Source: Callorhinchus milii (Eukaryota). Taken from it: a stretch of 64,000 nucleotides of DNA. Positions 14,306 through 28,208 of the stretch are shown here, in pieces (the first letter of the stretch is position 1; every line of letters starts with the position of its first letter). The position numbers and the translations under genes were made by a program. The notes beneath the pieces were generated by a model. That model saw only the letters and a list, made by a program, of their open reading frames with translations. It searched no databases and was not told the origin of the DNA. Location of the stretch: positions 103,604,001 through 103,668,000 of the forward strand of contig NW_024704742.1 of the NCBI RefSeq assembly GCF_018977255.1, given 5' to 3'.

Positions 14306-14432
14306 TGTGTGCCATACTTTACTTTATATACACAATCAAACACACACTGCAGTTTTAACCCCCATGCCAGACATTCGGACTCTAGTTCATTAGTGTAAAT
14401 CTTGCCTTGAGATTTATAGTATTGATGCGAAA

Positions 14433-14665
14433 TTGGCTCAGTGATAGCACTTTCACCTCTGAGTCACAAAGTTGTGGGTTCAAATCCCATTTCGAGCCTT
14501 GAATTCACATTGTCTGATGAAACTCCAATGCAGCACTGGGTGGGGGGGAGGGAGTTGAATTGTTGGAGGTGCCATCCTTCGGATTAGATATTAAACCGAG
14601 GTTCTCTGCCTGTTCAAGTGGATATCAAAGATCCCTTGGCACTATTCGAAAAGAGAAGGGAGTTT
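14433..14665 (+). mobile_element. SacSINE1-like DeuSINE, 5' part
   Basis: GGCTCAGTGATAGCACT..CCTCTGAGTCA head; GGAGGTGCC..TTAAACCGAGG..GATCCC Deu domain. Confidence 0.85.
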
Positions 14666-14893
14666 CTGCTACCACCTGCTCCCTTGACACCATCCCTACC
14701 CCTGTCCTTACCTCCCAGTTCCACCTCCTTGCCCCTCTATTCATAGACATCATAAATCTCTCCCTGTCCACTGGCACCGTTCCCACCCCTTTAAAAACAA
14801 CCGTCATCACTCCTATCCTTAAAAAACCATCCCTGAACCCATCCCTGCTCTCAAACTACCGCCCCATCTCCAACCTCCCTTTCCTTTCCAAGG
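14666..14893 (+). mobile_element. L2 RT fragment abutting a DeuSINE
   Basis: TTCSLDTIPT...NYRPISNLPFLSKV. Confidence 0.9.
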
Positions 14894-16087
14894 TCTGGTT
14901 AGATGTGGGTTTACTGTACATAGGAGCACATCTTTTAATCTCTAGATTCAATGTGTCTACCCCACCCACTGCGATACAATATGGATATTTGTAGCAATTC
15001 AATGGGAAATGCCTGTCAGTGATAACATTCAGCAACAGGGTTACTGTCTTTAGTCTGAATTCACCATTAGAGATAGGTACATAGGAATGTACAGACCTGG
15101 AAGACACCATTGAGGCCCAGCAGGACAATGCTAAAGTTTTAAAAATGTCAGATAAGATTTATGTCTTTTTAAGCATTTGATGTGATACTTAATATAGTTA
15201 ACACTGATGTTGCTTATCGCAAGCACAGAATTTAGTCTTTTGGTGGTTAACATACTCTGTTCTTTAAGATCACGATCCCTGGATTTGTTTGAAGCTTGCT
15301 GAGTTTGTATTATATTTTTAGCCACTGGGATATGACAACTGCAGGGGTAAAAGTGAGCTCTTTCAGCCATCGGGAGCCTGTCCCACTTATTAAATTGTTT
15401 AACCTGGTAAATCAGGCACCTCATTCACAAAACATCTTGCACAAATTACTGGGTATATGAAATAGCTTTGTCATACTTCATTTCATGTGAAATGATATAA
15501 AACTGCTTCACTAGCTGCTCTGGATTGATCTTGGTAACTCACTAGCAACAAGCTGAAATTGCTCTTGAGAAGAATGTTCACTGTTTGTTGACTGGTTTCT
15601 TTGTGAGATATTACATGGACTCACGATTTACAATTTACTGAAGGTTTAACAGGTCTGGGCAGTTATAACCATTGTAAGTTAATATGAGAACAAGATTCTG
15701 CAGTATGTACATATTCTGTGATAAAATGCTGCATGGTCTAATCAACACTCTTCAAATTACTGTTTAGCAGAAGTTAAACAGGTGAATTTGAAAACCTTGT
15801 TTTAGTGATTTTAAATTCACACATCTTTCTGCAGAATCATCAAGAGTCACATATTAGGAGTGAGACTGATAGATTTAGTGATACTTTTGTGTTGAAAAAA
15901 TAGTGACTAACCAGAAATCACACTAGACGTAGCTGGGAAGATCAGTAGAATTCCCTCGCACATCACCACCACAAGATATAACATCACTGCAGCCAGTCTC
16001 TATTTAAAACTTACCCTTGATGTCTCTATAAGTCTTTCCCTCTGTACTTCTGTGTCAAAGAGATTATGGCATTGTGATTATGGCAAC

Positions 16088-16370
16088 TAATAATAATAAT
16101 AATCCTTGCATTTGATATAGTGCCTTATCATATCCAAGACTTCTCAAAGCACTTCACAATATACAGTAAGATGAATTGATTGTATATTTTGTGGGTGAAA
16201 TGTGGCAGCCAATTGTACACAGCAGTGTCCCACAAATAGTGGTGGATTGAGTGATCAATTTTTTTTAAGGTAGTATTACCCTTGGAAAAGTTATCCGCCA
16301 AACGACTAACAATCGACTAACAATCGACTAACCTACCACTGGTTAAACAGAGGAAACTTGCCCAACTTGA
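16088..16370 (-). mobile_element. CORE+Deu SINE, 5'-truncated
   Basis: AATAATAATCCTTGCATTTGATATAG...GGAAACTTGCCCAA. Confidence 0.88.
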
Positions 16371-16454
16371 AGTAGGAACTTTTTAAGAGTAACTGTCAAA
16401 GAAATTATCCTAAATTCTGCACAATCGGCTAAGACAATGAGATATTAGGTGTCA

Positions 16455-16870
16455 CCCATCTCAGTTGGTAACACTCTCGAACTCTGAGTCAGAAGCTTGT
16501 GGGTTTGAGTACTTGGAATCACATAGCCTAAGCTGACACTCCTATTCAGTGCTGGGCGTCTGCTGCATTGTCAGAAATGCAATCTTTGGATGAGATGTTA
16601 AACCAAGACTCTGTTTGCCTGTCCAGGTGGCTGTTAAAGGTCCCATGGCACTATTCAAAAAGAGAAAGGAAATTTTCTTGGTGTCCTGGCAAGCGATCCC
16701 GCAAATAAAGTTGGTGACTCACTCCATGCCTGTTTGTAGGATATTGTTGTTGGCAGCTGAGTTCGCCCACAAGATGCACACAGTCACATCACTTTGCAGT
16801 ATATCCCGTGAAGCAGGATCCTTGAGTGAGATGTCTTGACAATGTGATAACGCACAAGCATTATTATTAC
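16455..16870 (+). mobile_element. SacSINE1-like DeuSINE
   Basis: Same head, Deu domain and decayed L2-type tail. Confidence 0.85.
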
Positions 16871-17679
16871 TATTTATATTTTGGTACTCTGGTGCCTGTC
16901 TGCTTAATAAGGCAGATACCTATGTTGGGAGCGTACAACAATAAATATATTCTAAATATTAGTAAAGTCCACAATACATTTTGCCTGCAAGTAGAAGGAG
17001 GTGGTTTGATTATTATTATTGCTCCTTTCATGTTTTCTTATACCATTTCGCGCATCAGTTAAAATATGAATAAGCTATATTACTGAGATATAAAAAATAA
17101 ATCAGGGATAATTGAACAGGAAATGGAAATGGTGTATACTGACTTTCAACTGTAAAAGGTCTTGTTCTTCAGTTTGGCAAGGAATCACATTACACATCTA
17201 TTATTGCTTGCTTAACCATTTTGCTGCAGAGCCAATAGTCATTAGAATGGGACAGATGTATTTTGATTGTAGGCTTAATTTTCCATCATTCAATGTGCAA
17301 TTTGATTATTCATATTCTACTCCAAAAGAATGTTGCCAAGATTGTCCAGTGCAGTAATCTTGTTGCATATAGCAGTATGGGACTATTGATAATCATGCAA
17401 CACTTAAGGTGATTACTACAATCTTATATTTTCCACATTAAGTTTCAGCAATCTTTAATGTATCATCCCACAATGGATAAAGTACAAGTTAATCAATTAT
17501 TAGAGGATAGTTCTGACAAAGCTAACTCAGCTTGATATTTTACTAGAATCAATTATCTCATGATATAAATGTAATATAATTTTGAATTGAGCTAAGTATA
17601 AATACCACGATAACCCAATGGGATTTACTGTTAAAAATGGGCTTTTCCATTATTTAATAATGGTCTCCTCTAGCTGCTT

Positions 17680-18290
17680 TGTCAAGAACCTTCAACAGGT
17701 CCAAAACTTTTCATCCCTCTCTCCTGCACTAGACTCCGCACACCCATCCTCAACGACTCTGAGCACCTCAGAGTATGACGTATCTATAACTTATTACCAA
17801 GACTCTTGTCCTGGTCTTTACAATCTCACCCCCACTTTATATAGGAAATCTTCTTCAGCCTTGCATTCCAGTCTGTACCCACCACCATTCTGCCTCTGGT
17901 TTATTGCTTGTTCCTTACTTACTACCTATCCAACAACAACAACATGTATTTATATATATTTATATGTATCCGACCTGCTTACTCCACCACCCACCTCCTC
18001 CGCTCGCCAGCTCCGGCCTCCTGTTTGCCCCTCGTCCACTCCACTCCACCATCGGTGGCCGTGCTTTCAGCCACTATGCCTCGAAACTCTGGAACTCTCT
18101 CCTTCAATCCCTCTATCTTGCCCCCTCCCTCCCCACCTTCAAATCCCACCTAAAGAACTTCCTTTTTGAACAGTCACCTCCCACCTCCCTCTCCTCCCGG
18201 CTTGTTGTTAGAATCTGTTACTGTCAAGTGCTCCGGGATGCTAACCCGCGTGAAAGACACTATATAAATGCAATTTGGTGTTGTTGCAGT
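17680..18290 (+). mobile_element. L2 3' fragment (interrupted)
   Basis: LQQVQN, TIGGRAFSHYASKLWNSL, FKSHLKNFLF, and tail TATATAAATGCAA-TTGTTG. Confidence 0.85.
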
Positions 18291-19267
18291 AATGGTCAGC
18301 TACAGACGTGCACAAGTGCTGTTAGCGTTGGCGAATATGATGCTGCAGTGCATTAGTTTCAGTCAATCAGGTCTCAGCCTCACCAGCTGCTGAGTTGGTT
18401 TCCTGTGGGGCAGCTGCCATCTCACACTGTACTTAATTAAAATGGGATGGTGGTCCAATACTCAAATTTGTAAACAGCAGTCATGGGGTTACAATGCTAT
18501 ATTTGGTCGTTATCTTTCATGCTGTTGAGAAACGGAAAAACTGCATTCCAGTCTTTTTGACTCCGAGTGAAAGTGTAGCCATATTTTTGAGATTGGAAAT
18601 CCTTATTCTGCACTGAGCTGTATGAGATGAAAGCACTGCCCTAACCTCAGTCTCCCACCCACACTCTAAATGCACTCTGATGGTTTCCATGGCAATATCT
18701 GAATGACAAAATGAATGATAAAATGCAACCTTAGTGATCACATACATGTGTTCGTTCCGAGGTTACCCAACATTAAACAGTAAAAACCGACTATGTTTTC
18801 GCAAATAAATGAAATAAAACATTTTTATTTTAACGAAAGGCAAAATGCTGAAAGTGAGTTTGAAGCAGAGCTTCTACAGCTAGTAATACATCTTCATGAG
18901 AACAAGTGTGCTTTTAATCCAGGTCGCACCAAAATGTGTTCAGGATGCTATTGACCTGTATTTCTGCTCAGAATAGTAGCAGCCGGTCTATCATTTTCAA
19001 AACACGTTTACTTTAATAATCATACAATAGAGATAAACTGCTCCAGCTTGACATTCCATCTATACCCTCCACTCTTCTGTCTCTGGCCCAGGGTAGACTG
19101 AGAATACGGGAAATCAGAAATTTCACCCCCGTGAATGGTTCCCAATTTTTTGGCTTTCTTGTTCTGTGCCAATGACTTGCAATTTGGAACAAGCCAGCCA
19201 GTGCTGTCCTACACACATTTTAAACCCTCGCCCGGTCAACAACTAAGTACATTTTGTTTATAATTGA

Positions 19268-19600
19268 GGTTTGCAAGCAAGAGGACCCGGATTTGATTCT
19301 CGGGCAGGGCGAAACCTTGGGCAAGTTTCCTTACTCCACACGCCTCTGTTTATCTAGCAGTAAGTAGGAACCCAACTGTTAATCAATTGGCAAATGGCTT
19401 TCCAGGGGTAATAATCCATCTCCCCAAAAACAATTTGGTCACTCAATCCATGACTGTTCATGGGACACTGCTGTGCGCTATTGGCTGATGCATTTCGCCC
19501 ACAAAATACACAATCAATCCACTTTACAATATATTCTATGAAGCGGTTTGAGATGTCCCAACAAAATGATGAAACACTATATCAACTGCAAGGAATTATT
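19268..19600 (+). mobile_element. CORE+Deu SINE (long variant)
   Basis: TTTGCAAGCAAGAGGACC...GGGCGAAACCTTGGGCAAG...tail. Confidence 0.9.
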
Positions 19601-20327
19601 TTTTTTCTAAAAATAAAGTTTGTTTCAATGTGGAAAGAGGAAGGAAGAGAGAGAAGAGTGGGGGTGGGGGGGGCGTAGGGGGAAAAAAATGCCATGCCTC
19701 AACAGGCCAGAAAGAGGGATAGTAGCTACAACAATAAATCAGGAGCTCACAAGTGTAATAACATCATCCTTGGGTGAAGACAAGGGGCTGAAAATTTGAG
19801 AACCTGAGAGTCTGGACAAGTTCTCTGGAATTCTTGAGCTTCTCAAAATGCACCCGACTGCTCAATAGGAGTGTGCAGTATGACCAGCAGCAGTGATAGA
19901 ACTGTGTGTGCGGGCGAGGGGTGGGGGGAGAGAGATTTGCTTCATCCATTGAATAGGTTAATGGGTGGCGATGAGAACGAAACACACTCCAGAGAGCGCA
20001 GACCCACGAGCCTGGGTGGACAGTACGTCCAAATACAACTCGTGATAATATTTAAATCTCTCACCCACTCCTCTCTCTACCCCCACCCCTCCCACTCAAA
20101 ATTATGGATATGTAAGACAATATGTAGTCATTGAAACAAAAAGATAACTTCTTCGAACACTGTGGATAAGATGGTTTGAGAAGTGAAGCTGTGAAAGTTC
20201 CTCTCGATTCCCAGTCTGTTTGTGGGACATTGCTTCACACAAATTAGATACCGCGTTTTCCCACAAAATATACACGGTCACCACTATACAGTGAAGCACT
20301 TGGAGACGTCTAGGTGATGTGATAAGG

Positions 20328-20553
20328 CCTTGCCTCCTCCCTTTCCTTCTTCAAGGCCGGTCTCAAAACCTTTCTCTTTGACCGTGCCTTCAGCTCCCCT
20401 CTCGACTCTCTATCCCCTCCTCGCTCCCTCCCTTCCCTCTCTTCACCTTGACCATTTCCCCCTTGCTCGGGTCCTGACCCAACTGTACAGCGCATTGGGA
20501 CGTCCTCCCGACATGAAAGGCACTCAATAAATGGAATCTTGTTGTTGTTGTTG
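20328..20553 (+). mobile_element. L2 3' end inserted in the tail of a SINE fragment (SINE ~20210-20580)
   Basis: FKAGLKTFLF 3' end with (TTG)n tail; the SINE tail resumes at TATATCAAATG. Confidence 0.85.
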
Positions 20554-21719
20554 TATATCAAATGTAAAGATTATTATTTTGATAATTGCACTGAAAAGCA
20601 CTGTCTGCTGGATGCCAGGACATCCCAAGATGGAAGGAGGTCTTCAGCAACTGCACGGTATGCACAGTAAACCAGCCAGTAAGTCCTGGAAGCCGGAGTG
20701 TACACGGGAGTTCTAAATAAACCCATGCTAAATCAGGACTCAGTACAACAGAGTTGACTTGTACTTAATTTAACAACGTTTTCAGCATATTGATGTTCTG
20801 AAAATACACCTCACTACATACTGCTGCCCTTCCACATTGCACTCTGTAACATAATCAAGCTGACACTTGACAGCTTTATTCAGTGTAAATTAATACGTCA
20901 AAACATCATCACTTCAACACCCAAGACTATTGTGTTTTTTTCAGAACAGAATTTTTAAGTACTTTCACATAACATCTGGCATGGTGCAGTTAGCATTGCA
21001 AGTGTCAATCAGTGTGTTCTATTGAAGTTCAACTGAATTGTTTTTTTCCATTAAGTAATACAGCTTAAAATTTGACTCAGTGCTTTAACCTTTAAAGGAA
21101 AATTCAGGTAAGATATTTGCATTTAATTATGATCTAATTTGCATCTAACAACTAATCATAATGGCTTACGTGATTTATATTGTTTTGAAATGCTGACATC
21201 CATTGTACAAGCTTTACAGTGATGTAGGTGTTTTCTCATGATGGATTGCACATGAATATTTCATTCGGTGCAGATTTAACTGTTTGAGAAAATAGTTTGC
21301 CTGTGGATTTGTCACAATGTAATTACATTTGATGGTTTTTACCCAATCTACTACATCAGTTTATAGACCAAAAGAGAAAAATATTTTTGAAAAAGGACAT
21401 ATTATTGTTTTGCAAATGCCTTGTAGGTTCCACTAAAATTGTTAATTTTCTAGCTGAAATTGAGTTCACATATATTTCCATCTACATTTTCAGTATTATT
21501 GGAAGACTGATTTATAGATGTCTTATATAGCACAAGCTTAGCTCATGATTTCCAATTGGAGAATGTGGGTCTAAGGGTAGTTTGCCTCTTTAATGTTTAA
21601 TGAGTTTTTCATTGCTGAGCTAAGGGATGGAGTTGTGACATGTAATAGGGCCAAGTTATTTCTAGCACTTGAGGGGGGAAGGAAATCAAAGAGCATAATG
21701 TGTAAAATTTCAGTAAGAA

Positions 21720-21905
21720 GCACTTTGTCCTTTGTTAAGCCAAGGTGCTGTCTGCAGGTGGACATTAGAGATGACATTGACTACTTGAAAAGAGAAATAG
21801 GTTTCTCCTGGTGTCTTGGCCAACAATTCCCCAGATAAAACTTGGTCATTCACTTGACGGCTGTTTGTGGAACATTTCAGTGCACAAATTTGCTGCTGAA
21901 TTTAC
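21720..21905 (+). mobile_element. DeuSINE fragment (inverted duplicate of 22190-22375)
   Basis: CAGGTGGACATTAGAGAT..CCTGGTGTCTTGGCCAACAATTCCCC. Confidence 0.8.
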
Positions 21906-22189
21906 ATACAAATAATAATAATAATAGGCAGTGATTTGCTTTATTGGGCAATCATGCTACCCCACCATAATTACTTTTTTTTCCAAGCTTCAGATAACTA
22001 TCAAGTGCAAGGAATATTATTATTATTCATTATAATTACAGGTTTGACTTAGAAGTCAAGAGCATCAAATTCAAAAGAGATAACACTGGCTATCATTCAT
22101 TCCGTAAATCATAGCCCCTGTATTTTTGTCATCAATGGCATCTGACTTGTTACAGCTAGGAGAAAGACACCAGAATTAATATTATTTGC

Positions 22190-22490
22190 AGGCAAATTCC
22201 GCAGCAAATTTGTGCACTGAAATGTTCCACAAACAGCCATGAAGTGAATGACCGAGTTTTATCTGGGAAATTGTTGGCCAACACACCAGGACAAACTCCT
22301 TTCTCTTTTCGAGTAGTCAATGACATCTCTAATGTCCACCTGCAGACAGTACCTTGTCTTAACAAAGGACACAACCTCCGACAATACAGCATATCCCATC
22401 CCCAGCTCTGAACATCAGTCTAGACTATGAGTTCAAAATCCTAACATGAGGAATGAACCTGCAACCTTGTGATTCAGAAGCGAGCCTTCT
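22190..22490 (-). mobile_element. DeuSINE
   Basis: Reverse-complement Deu domain and decayed head. Confidence 0.8.
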
Positions 22491-23578
22491 TGAATCAAGG
22501 GAACAAAGACACAAAAACGTTTCTGTGTTTTTAACAATAAAATGGGTCAAACTTTGACAAAGTTTCCCCTGCTTTCCTTTTGACTTGCCGTCTCCCTCAC
22601 CTCTTTCAAGGTCCATTATTTCCTCAAAAGCCCACTATAATAGTTATTAGACCTATTTTAACTCTGATAGGCTTATAGTAGTCTAAATCAGAGCAAGGCA
22701 AAAATGAGGAGATTGGCAACCACTGAGTAAGTATAAGACGGGTCATCTTTGTTGGCTGGTGGCCCTGAGTTTCCCTGGGCTAGCAGTGGAGCTATTCTTT
22801 TGGATTTCACAATACCCATTCCAAAAGGGTTTCTGGAACTTGTCGGATCATTTTCTTCCTTAGTTGCAACTAATGACATGCAGGCGGAAGAGCTTAATCA
22901 ACCCTTGACAGTGGACAATATAGAAACAAGTGGAGGCCACATGGATATCCCATATACCCAACCTGTCGTTCCCTCTTGACATGAAAGGTGCTGTATAAAT
23001 GCAATTTGTTGTTATTGTTGTATAAGACGTAATTGCTGGCTGGAATCCAAATGGTTGATTTCATGAGATAAATGAGACTTAGGACAGATTCCACCGAAAT
23101 CCACAATGCCTACTATGGACCATAGTGGAGTATTTCGAATTAGGCAGCATCCCATTTCTTCTTTGTCTGTGTCATAATCTGCTCAGATTGCTCAGGGTGC
23201 AATCCTAACCAGTCTTCAGGACTTCATCCAAACCAATCATTTTGGACTCCACATCCCTTTCAATTAACCCTCAGACCCTTTCAGAGAGTGCATAGATGAA
23301 TGTCGTGGAGTCAGAAAAAAAAATTGCTCAGGTACTCAGCACCTCTGCCTTACATACACAGTGTGGATAAGGAAATTGTGACAGGCATCGCCCATCATCA
23401 TAACATCATGACAGCAAAATTGTCTTTAAAAAAAGGGAGCATTTGGAAGGATTCTCCACGATTTCAATGCGAGTGTTGGACCTGGTGCATATTCAGATGA
23501 TGAAGAAGGCTTCCATTCTCCTTGAGGAAGGGTTCATTATCTTGATCCTCAATATTGTAGATGAGTGTTCAACAAGTT

Positions 23579-23909
23579 AATAATAATAATAATCCTTGCA
23601 TTTGATATAGCGCTTTTCACATCGGGAGGATGTCCCAAAGCGCATCACAGAACACACTGTAAGGTGAATTGACTGTATATTTGTGGGCGAACGCGGCAGC
23701 CAATTGCGCACAGTAATGTCCCACAAACAGTCGTAGATTGAAAATGACCAATTTTTATTATTGTTTTTGATTTTGGAGGGATTATTATTAGGTGTGTGGA
23801 GTAAGGAAACTTGGGTTCGCCCTGCCTGGAATTGAACTCAGGTCTCTTGCTTGCAAAGCCAGTGCTCTAACCACTGAGCTACAGGACTCCCCTGAGCTAC
23901 AGGACTCCA
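23579..23909 (-). mobile_element. CORE+Deu SINE (short variant)
   Basis: Reverse complement of the 35700 copy; the head 17-mer CTGAGCTACAGGACTCC is tandemly duplicated. Confidence 0.92.
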
Positions 23910-24347
23910 TTGTATGAGTTGCTCAAGTGCAAATCGTTTTCTGTGAAGTTGCCTATTTAACATAACTGGTTAAATGATTTAGAATACAAATAAGTTAATT
24001 GGCATGAAAATAATGAAATAACTTTGCATTAAATCCTAAGAGATTATTATCCCAGAGATGTCCCTAAGTGCCTAATTATCCAAAGGATGGCTAGAAAAAG
24101 CCAGTATTCTGTGCCTCTCCCTAGCCCCGTCGCAGAGTAAAATGGCTTCTGGTAGATTTAACAATCTGGAGACATTCCAGGAGAGTTCAAAGAAAAACCT
24201 GTGTTTGATCAGGAAGCAAATTGTTCATCAACAAGAAAAACTCAGAACATTAGGCTTATTGAGTTTGTTCTGCAATTAAGTCAATAACAATGCTTTACTT
24301 CTATTAACTCTTTGATTCCCGGCCTTTTCCTCATATATTTTAATATA

Positions 24348-24737
24348 CTAATAATAATCCTTGCATTTGCTATAGCACCTTATTGTGTTATTGAGATGTC
24401 TGAAACTGCTTTACAGGATTTTACTCTCTATGTAGGCAAATTCAGCAGCCAATTTGTGCACAATAATATCCCACAAACAGCCAAGTGAATGACCAAATTT
24501 TATCTAGGGAATTGTTGGACTAGGCACCAGGAGAAATTCAAGTAGTGCAATGTCATATTTAACTTCCACCTGCAGTCAGTACCTTGGTTTAGCAAAGAAC
24601 ACAACCTATGACAATCCAGCATATCCCATCCCCAGCTCTGAAGTATCAGTCTAAACTACAAGTTCAAAGGCTCAACATGGGCCATGAACCCACGACCTTG
24701 TGATTCAAAGGCGACAGTGCTACCAACAGAGCCAAGC
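24348..24737 (-). mobile_element. DeuSINE
   Basis: Tail AATAATAATCCTTGCATTTG through head AGTGCTACCAACAGAGCCAAG. Confidence 0.82.
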
Positions 24738-26375
24738 AGACACCTACGTATGTTCTTGAACAATAAAATAGGTCAAACTTCACTGAAGAGTCTCCTGCTT
24801 TCCCTCAGACTTGCTCTCTCCCTTGCAGGTATATTGTTACCCCAACATTCCAGTGATTTCCACCAATCTTGCCTGCTCCTAAGATATTTCTTGAGCCCGT
24901 GCATGTGTAATTTCTGCAGCTGGGTGCAAGTTTATGTTACAAATCAATGTTGCCTGAAAAGTAATCACAGACAGAGTAGACGGCACGAGTGAACATTCAG
25001 TGTAACTCAAGGTTTCCTCACAAGCATCAATTCAAGTCTTGAAATATTTTGATTGTGATTTATTACTGAGAATAAATCCTGAGTTTCTTCATGAATTGTT
25101 TACCTTTGCCTTTAACATAGATACAAGTTGAATTTATTAAAGTGTCTTGTGCAAACATCTGGAAGATAAATTATTTTATAATTTGGAAAATAAATTATTG
25201 AACGTTAAGATTAAAAGGGAAGATATATGGATACTCGGAAAGTAAGCAACAATAACTTGCATTTATATAGTGCCCTTCATGCTTGACAGTGTCTCAGAGC
25301 GCTTAAAGCATATTGAGGGATATAGAAAAAAATCAGGGAAATTAGATTAAAAGATCTGCTATGATCTAATAAAAACTCGAAAGGTTCCTCCTGCCTCTGT
25401 TACTTTAGCTCTGTTCAAATGGACTCTAAACAATATATACAATACAACACAATGTAATACGATACAATATATGCAATACAAAATACTATTTGCATTAATT
25501 TAGCATCACTTATGTCTGGAGGATGTCTTGTAGTGTTTTACACAGCACCTGAGATGGGGCCTGGGGAGCATGGAAGAGGGGGAGTTGAAGAGGGTGGCAG
25601 GGGTGCTATTTTAGTACCCAAGACTGTAATTTGGCACTAAATCTAATTAGAATTCCTAATCTAAGGCTACGTGCATACTGTTCAACCAGACTTTTTCTAG
25701 ACTTCGCAACAAAGAGCCATTGAAAAGAATCAATAATTCAATTAATACTGTCCTACATGACAATTTATCTAGTGTATCATCCGTGACATATTGCAGTGTA
25801 ATTTATAATGGTATTGATTGAAACTTGAGAGGACAAATCTTAAGCACTGCAAAGCATTTGTGTGATTATTTCTGGGCAGTTTATTTCACAAAGACAGCTT
25901 ATTACCTATCCCTTAATTAACTTTAAACCAGCATTTATTATCTCTAGTGCATGAAAGAGAAATGATTCACCATAAATGTATAAAGCGTACTGTCTGCGTT
26001 AAACAATTTGCTGCCTTTTCTGTAGCTTATGACTTGTTATATAAAACACATAATATCAATGTGCAAGCCATCAGGTATATGAAAGTTAAAGGATTGAAGG
26101 GATATGGGGATAGGGCAGTGGGATTGAAAGAACAGCTTGCTCTGAGAGCCATTGCTGAATGATTTCCTTTTGCCTTGTAAATTTCTATGATTCTGGAAGT
26201 CACAATTAAACTTACATTACCTTGACAGAGTTCAGGTTAAAATTACCAAAATTAAACACTGTTTATCGGGCGTATCTCTCCCACACAAAATAATTTGTTA
26301 TGCATTTCCCCAACCAAACATGCAGTAAAGAGAACTGACACTCAAATCTATTCTTAAAGTTAACAATGCAAACAC

Positions 26376-26499
26376 TGGGATAAAATTTGCAGTGTTTCAA
26401 ATTTATTACTGGCATTAATTATTCCTCACTAGGTGGTAACACACTTCTCCCAGCATTCACCACTAGATATTGTTTTGCAATGTTGCAAACTTTATCCCA
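26376..26499. repeat. Small TIR element
   Basis: TGGGATAAAATTTGCA ... TGCAAACTTTATCCCA, 1 mismatch. Confidence 0.6.
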
Positions 26500-27770
26500 A
26501 AGAACAAATTAGATGAATATATCATAATTCATGCACTTCTTAAAGAAGAAACTTTGGCCTGTACACACAGATGCAGACATTGTACATATCTATGTAAAGT
26601 CTTTTGGAGTTAGCAGTGAGTGTGTAATGCGTAATGTGTTTGATTCTGGGCACTCTAGTGCTGAGTATGATTTAATTCACTGACCATATGGTGTTGGATC
26701 TGTGTTTGATCTCTGAAGGTTTGCCTCAGAGATAGTTGATCCTAATATTTCAATAGGTTTATACTGTGACATGGTCTTTATTTTACATCACAATGTGTGA
26801 GTTGAAAAAAAAGCTGGCCTATGGTAATTGCCATTTCCCTGTTGCCACCAAAAATCTAAGGGTTAAAATTAAGTTCATTTTGTTTTCTGCCATATATTTC
26901 TGTCTTCTCCAAACTGATTGCTCATGATATCTCTGGAGTAATGGCTTGAGGGAGTTATTGAAGCTGATTATTAGAGACTCGGTTTTCCATTAGCAAAGAA
27001 TGAACTAAATTCAAGGATGATTAAGCATCAAATGTATACATTAATTCAGCTCCTTCAAACTGGTGGGCTCAGTAACCCTTCCAACACTCACCTCAGAATA
27101 AAATGTTAATGAAATTAGCTGAAATGGAAAATATAGTTATAAATAAAAGCATATTAATGTTTGTCTGAATTATTTATAACAATGTTTATTAAAGTGGTCC
27201 TGAGTCATATTTCTTATGGCTGGTTTCCATCATTCTCACTATTTGAATTGAGCTTCGCATATTTTGTGTACATTGGACAAGTGAAAGCCACTTAGCAATA
27301 CGCTTAACACAACACAAGTGTATTTCTACTATTGTTATTGGCTTTACAATGCCACAGCCAGAATGTAATAATAATCTATTAATATTATTAATAATAAGAA
27401 GAAGAATGTACAGTATAAATCAAATGTATTGCTTGAAAAATGTGGTGCTTTCTATAGAAATCTTTCCTTCCCGTAACAATTTTGAATACTTTGACCAGAC
27501 AGCTGTTGGCCCTTCACTGCCTACCAGTTGGCCAGATTCTCTAGCAAGAATGCATCTGCGTGCATCACACAGTAATAATAACCCACAGTAAAATATGATG
27601 TTCGGACATGTTTTTCTCAGCCCTCTCAGCTGTCATGTGCATGTGTTAATAATGTGGAGGGAGACACTTGGTTCCAGAAGATTGCTGTAATGAAGGTAGA
27701 TTGTTAAAATATTCTTTAAATCACTCTGAATTATATTTTGTATACAGTCCAAACATATTTTGTAAACAAT

Positions 27771-28208
27771 TGGAGTCTTATAGCTTAATGGTTGGAGCAC
27801 TTGCCTCAAAAGCAAGAGGACCTGGGTTTGATTCCCAGCAGGGTGAAACGTTGGGCAAGTTTCCTTACTCCACACGCCTCTGTTCACCTAGCAGTAAGGA
27901 GGGACCCGGTTGTTAGTCGATTGGCAGATTGCTTTCCTGGGGTAATAATCTCTTTTTTTTAAACAATAATTTGGTCACTCAATCCATGGTAATAACTGTT
28001 TCAAAAAAATAAAAATAAAATAATAATAAAAATTTGGTCACTCAATCCACGGCTGTTTGTGGGTCACTGCTGTGCACAATTTCTTGCTGGTTTCAACCAC
28101 AAAATATACAGTCAATTCACTTTACAGTATATTCTATGAAGCGCTTTTAGATGTCTCGAAGACATGATAAGGCCATATATCAAAGCAAGGATTATTATTA
28201 TTATTATT
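27771..28208 (+). mobile_element. CORE+Deu SINE (long variant, internal duplication)
   Basis: Full tRNA head; AATTTGGTCACTCAATCCA occurs twice; (TTA)n tail. Confidence 0.9.

Noticed and set aside
19751..19901. 151-nt minus-strand exon candidate (CACAG...GTGAGC)
   Set aside because: Stops in all three frames and no recognisable domain; a non-coding exon cannot be excluded.
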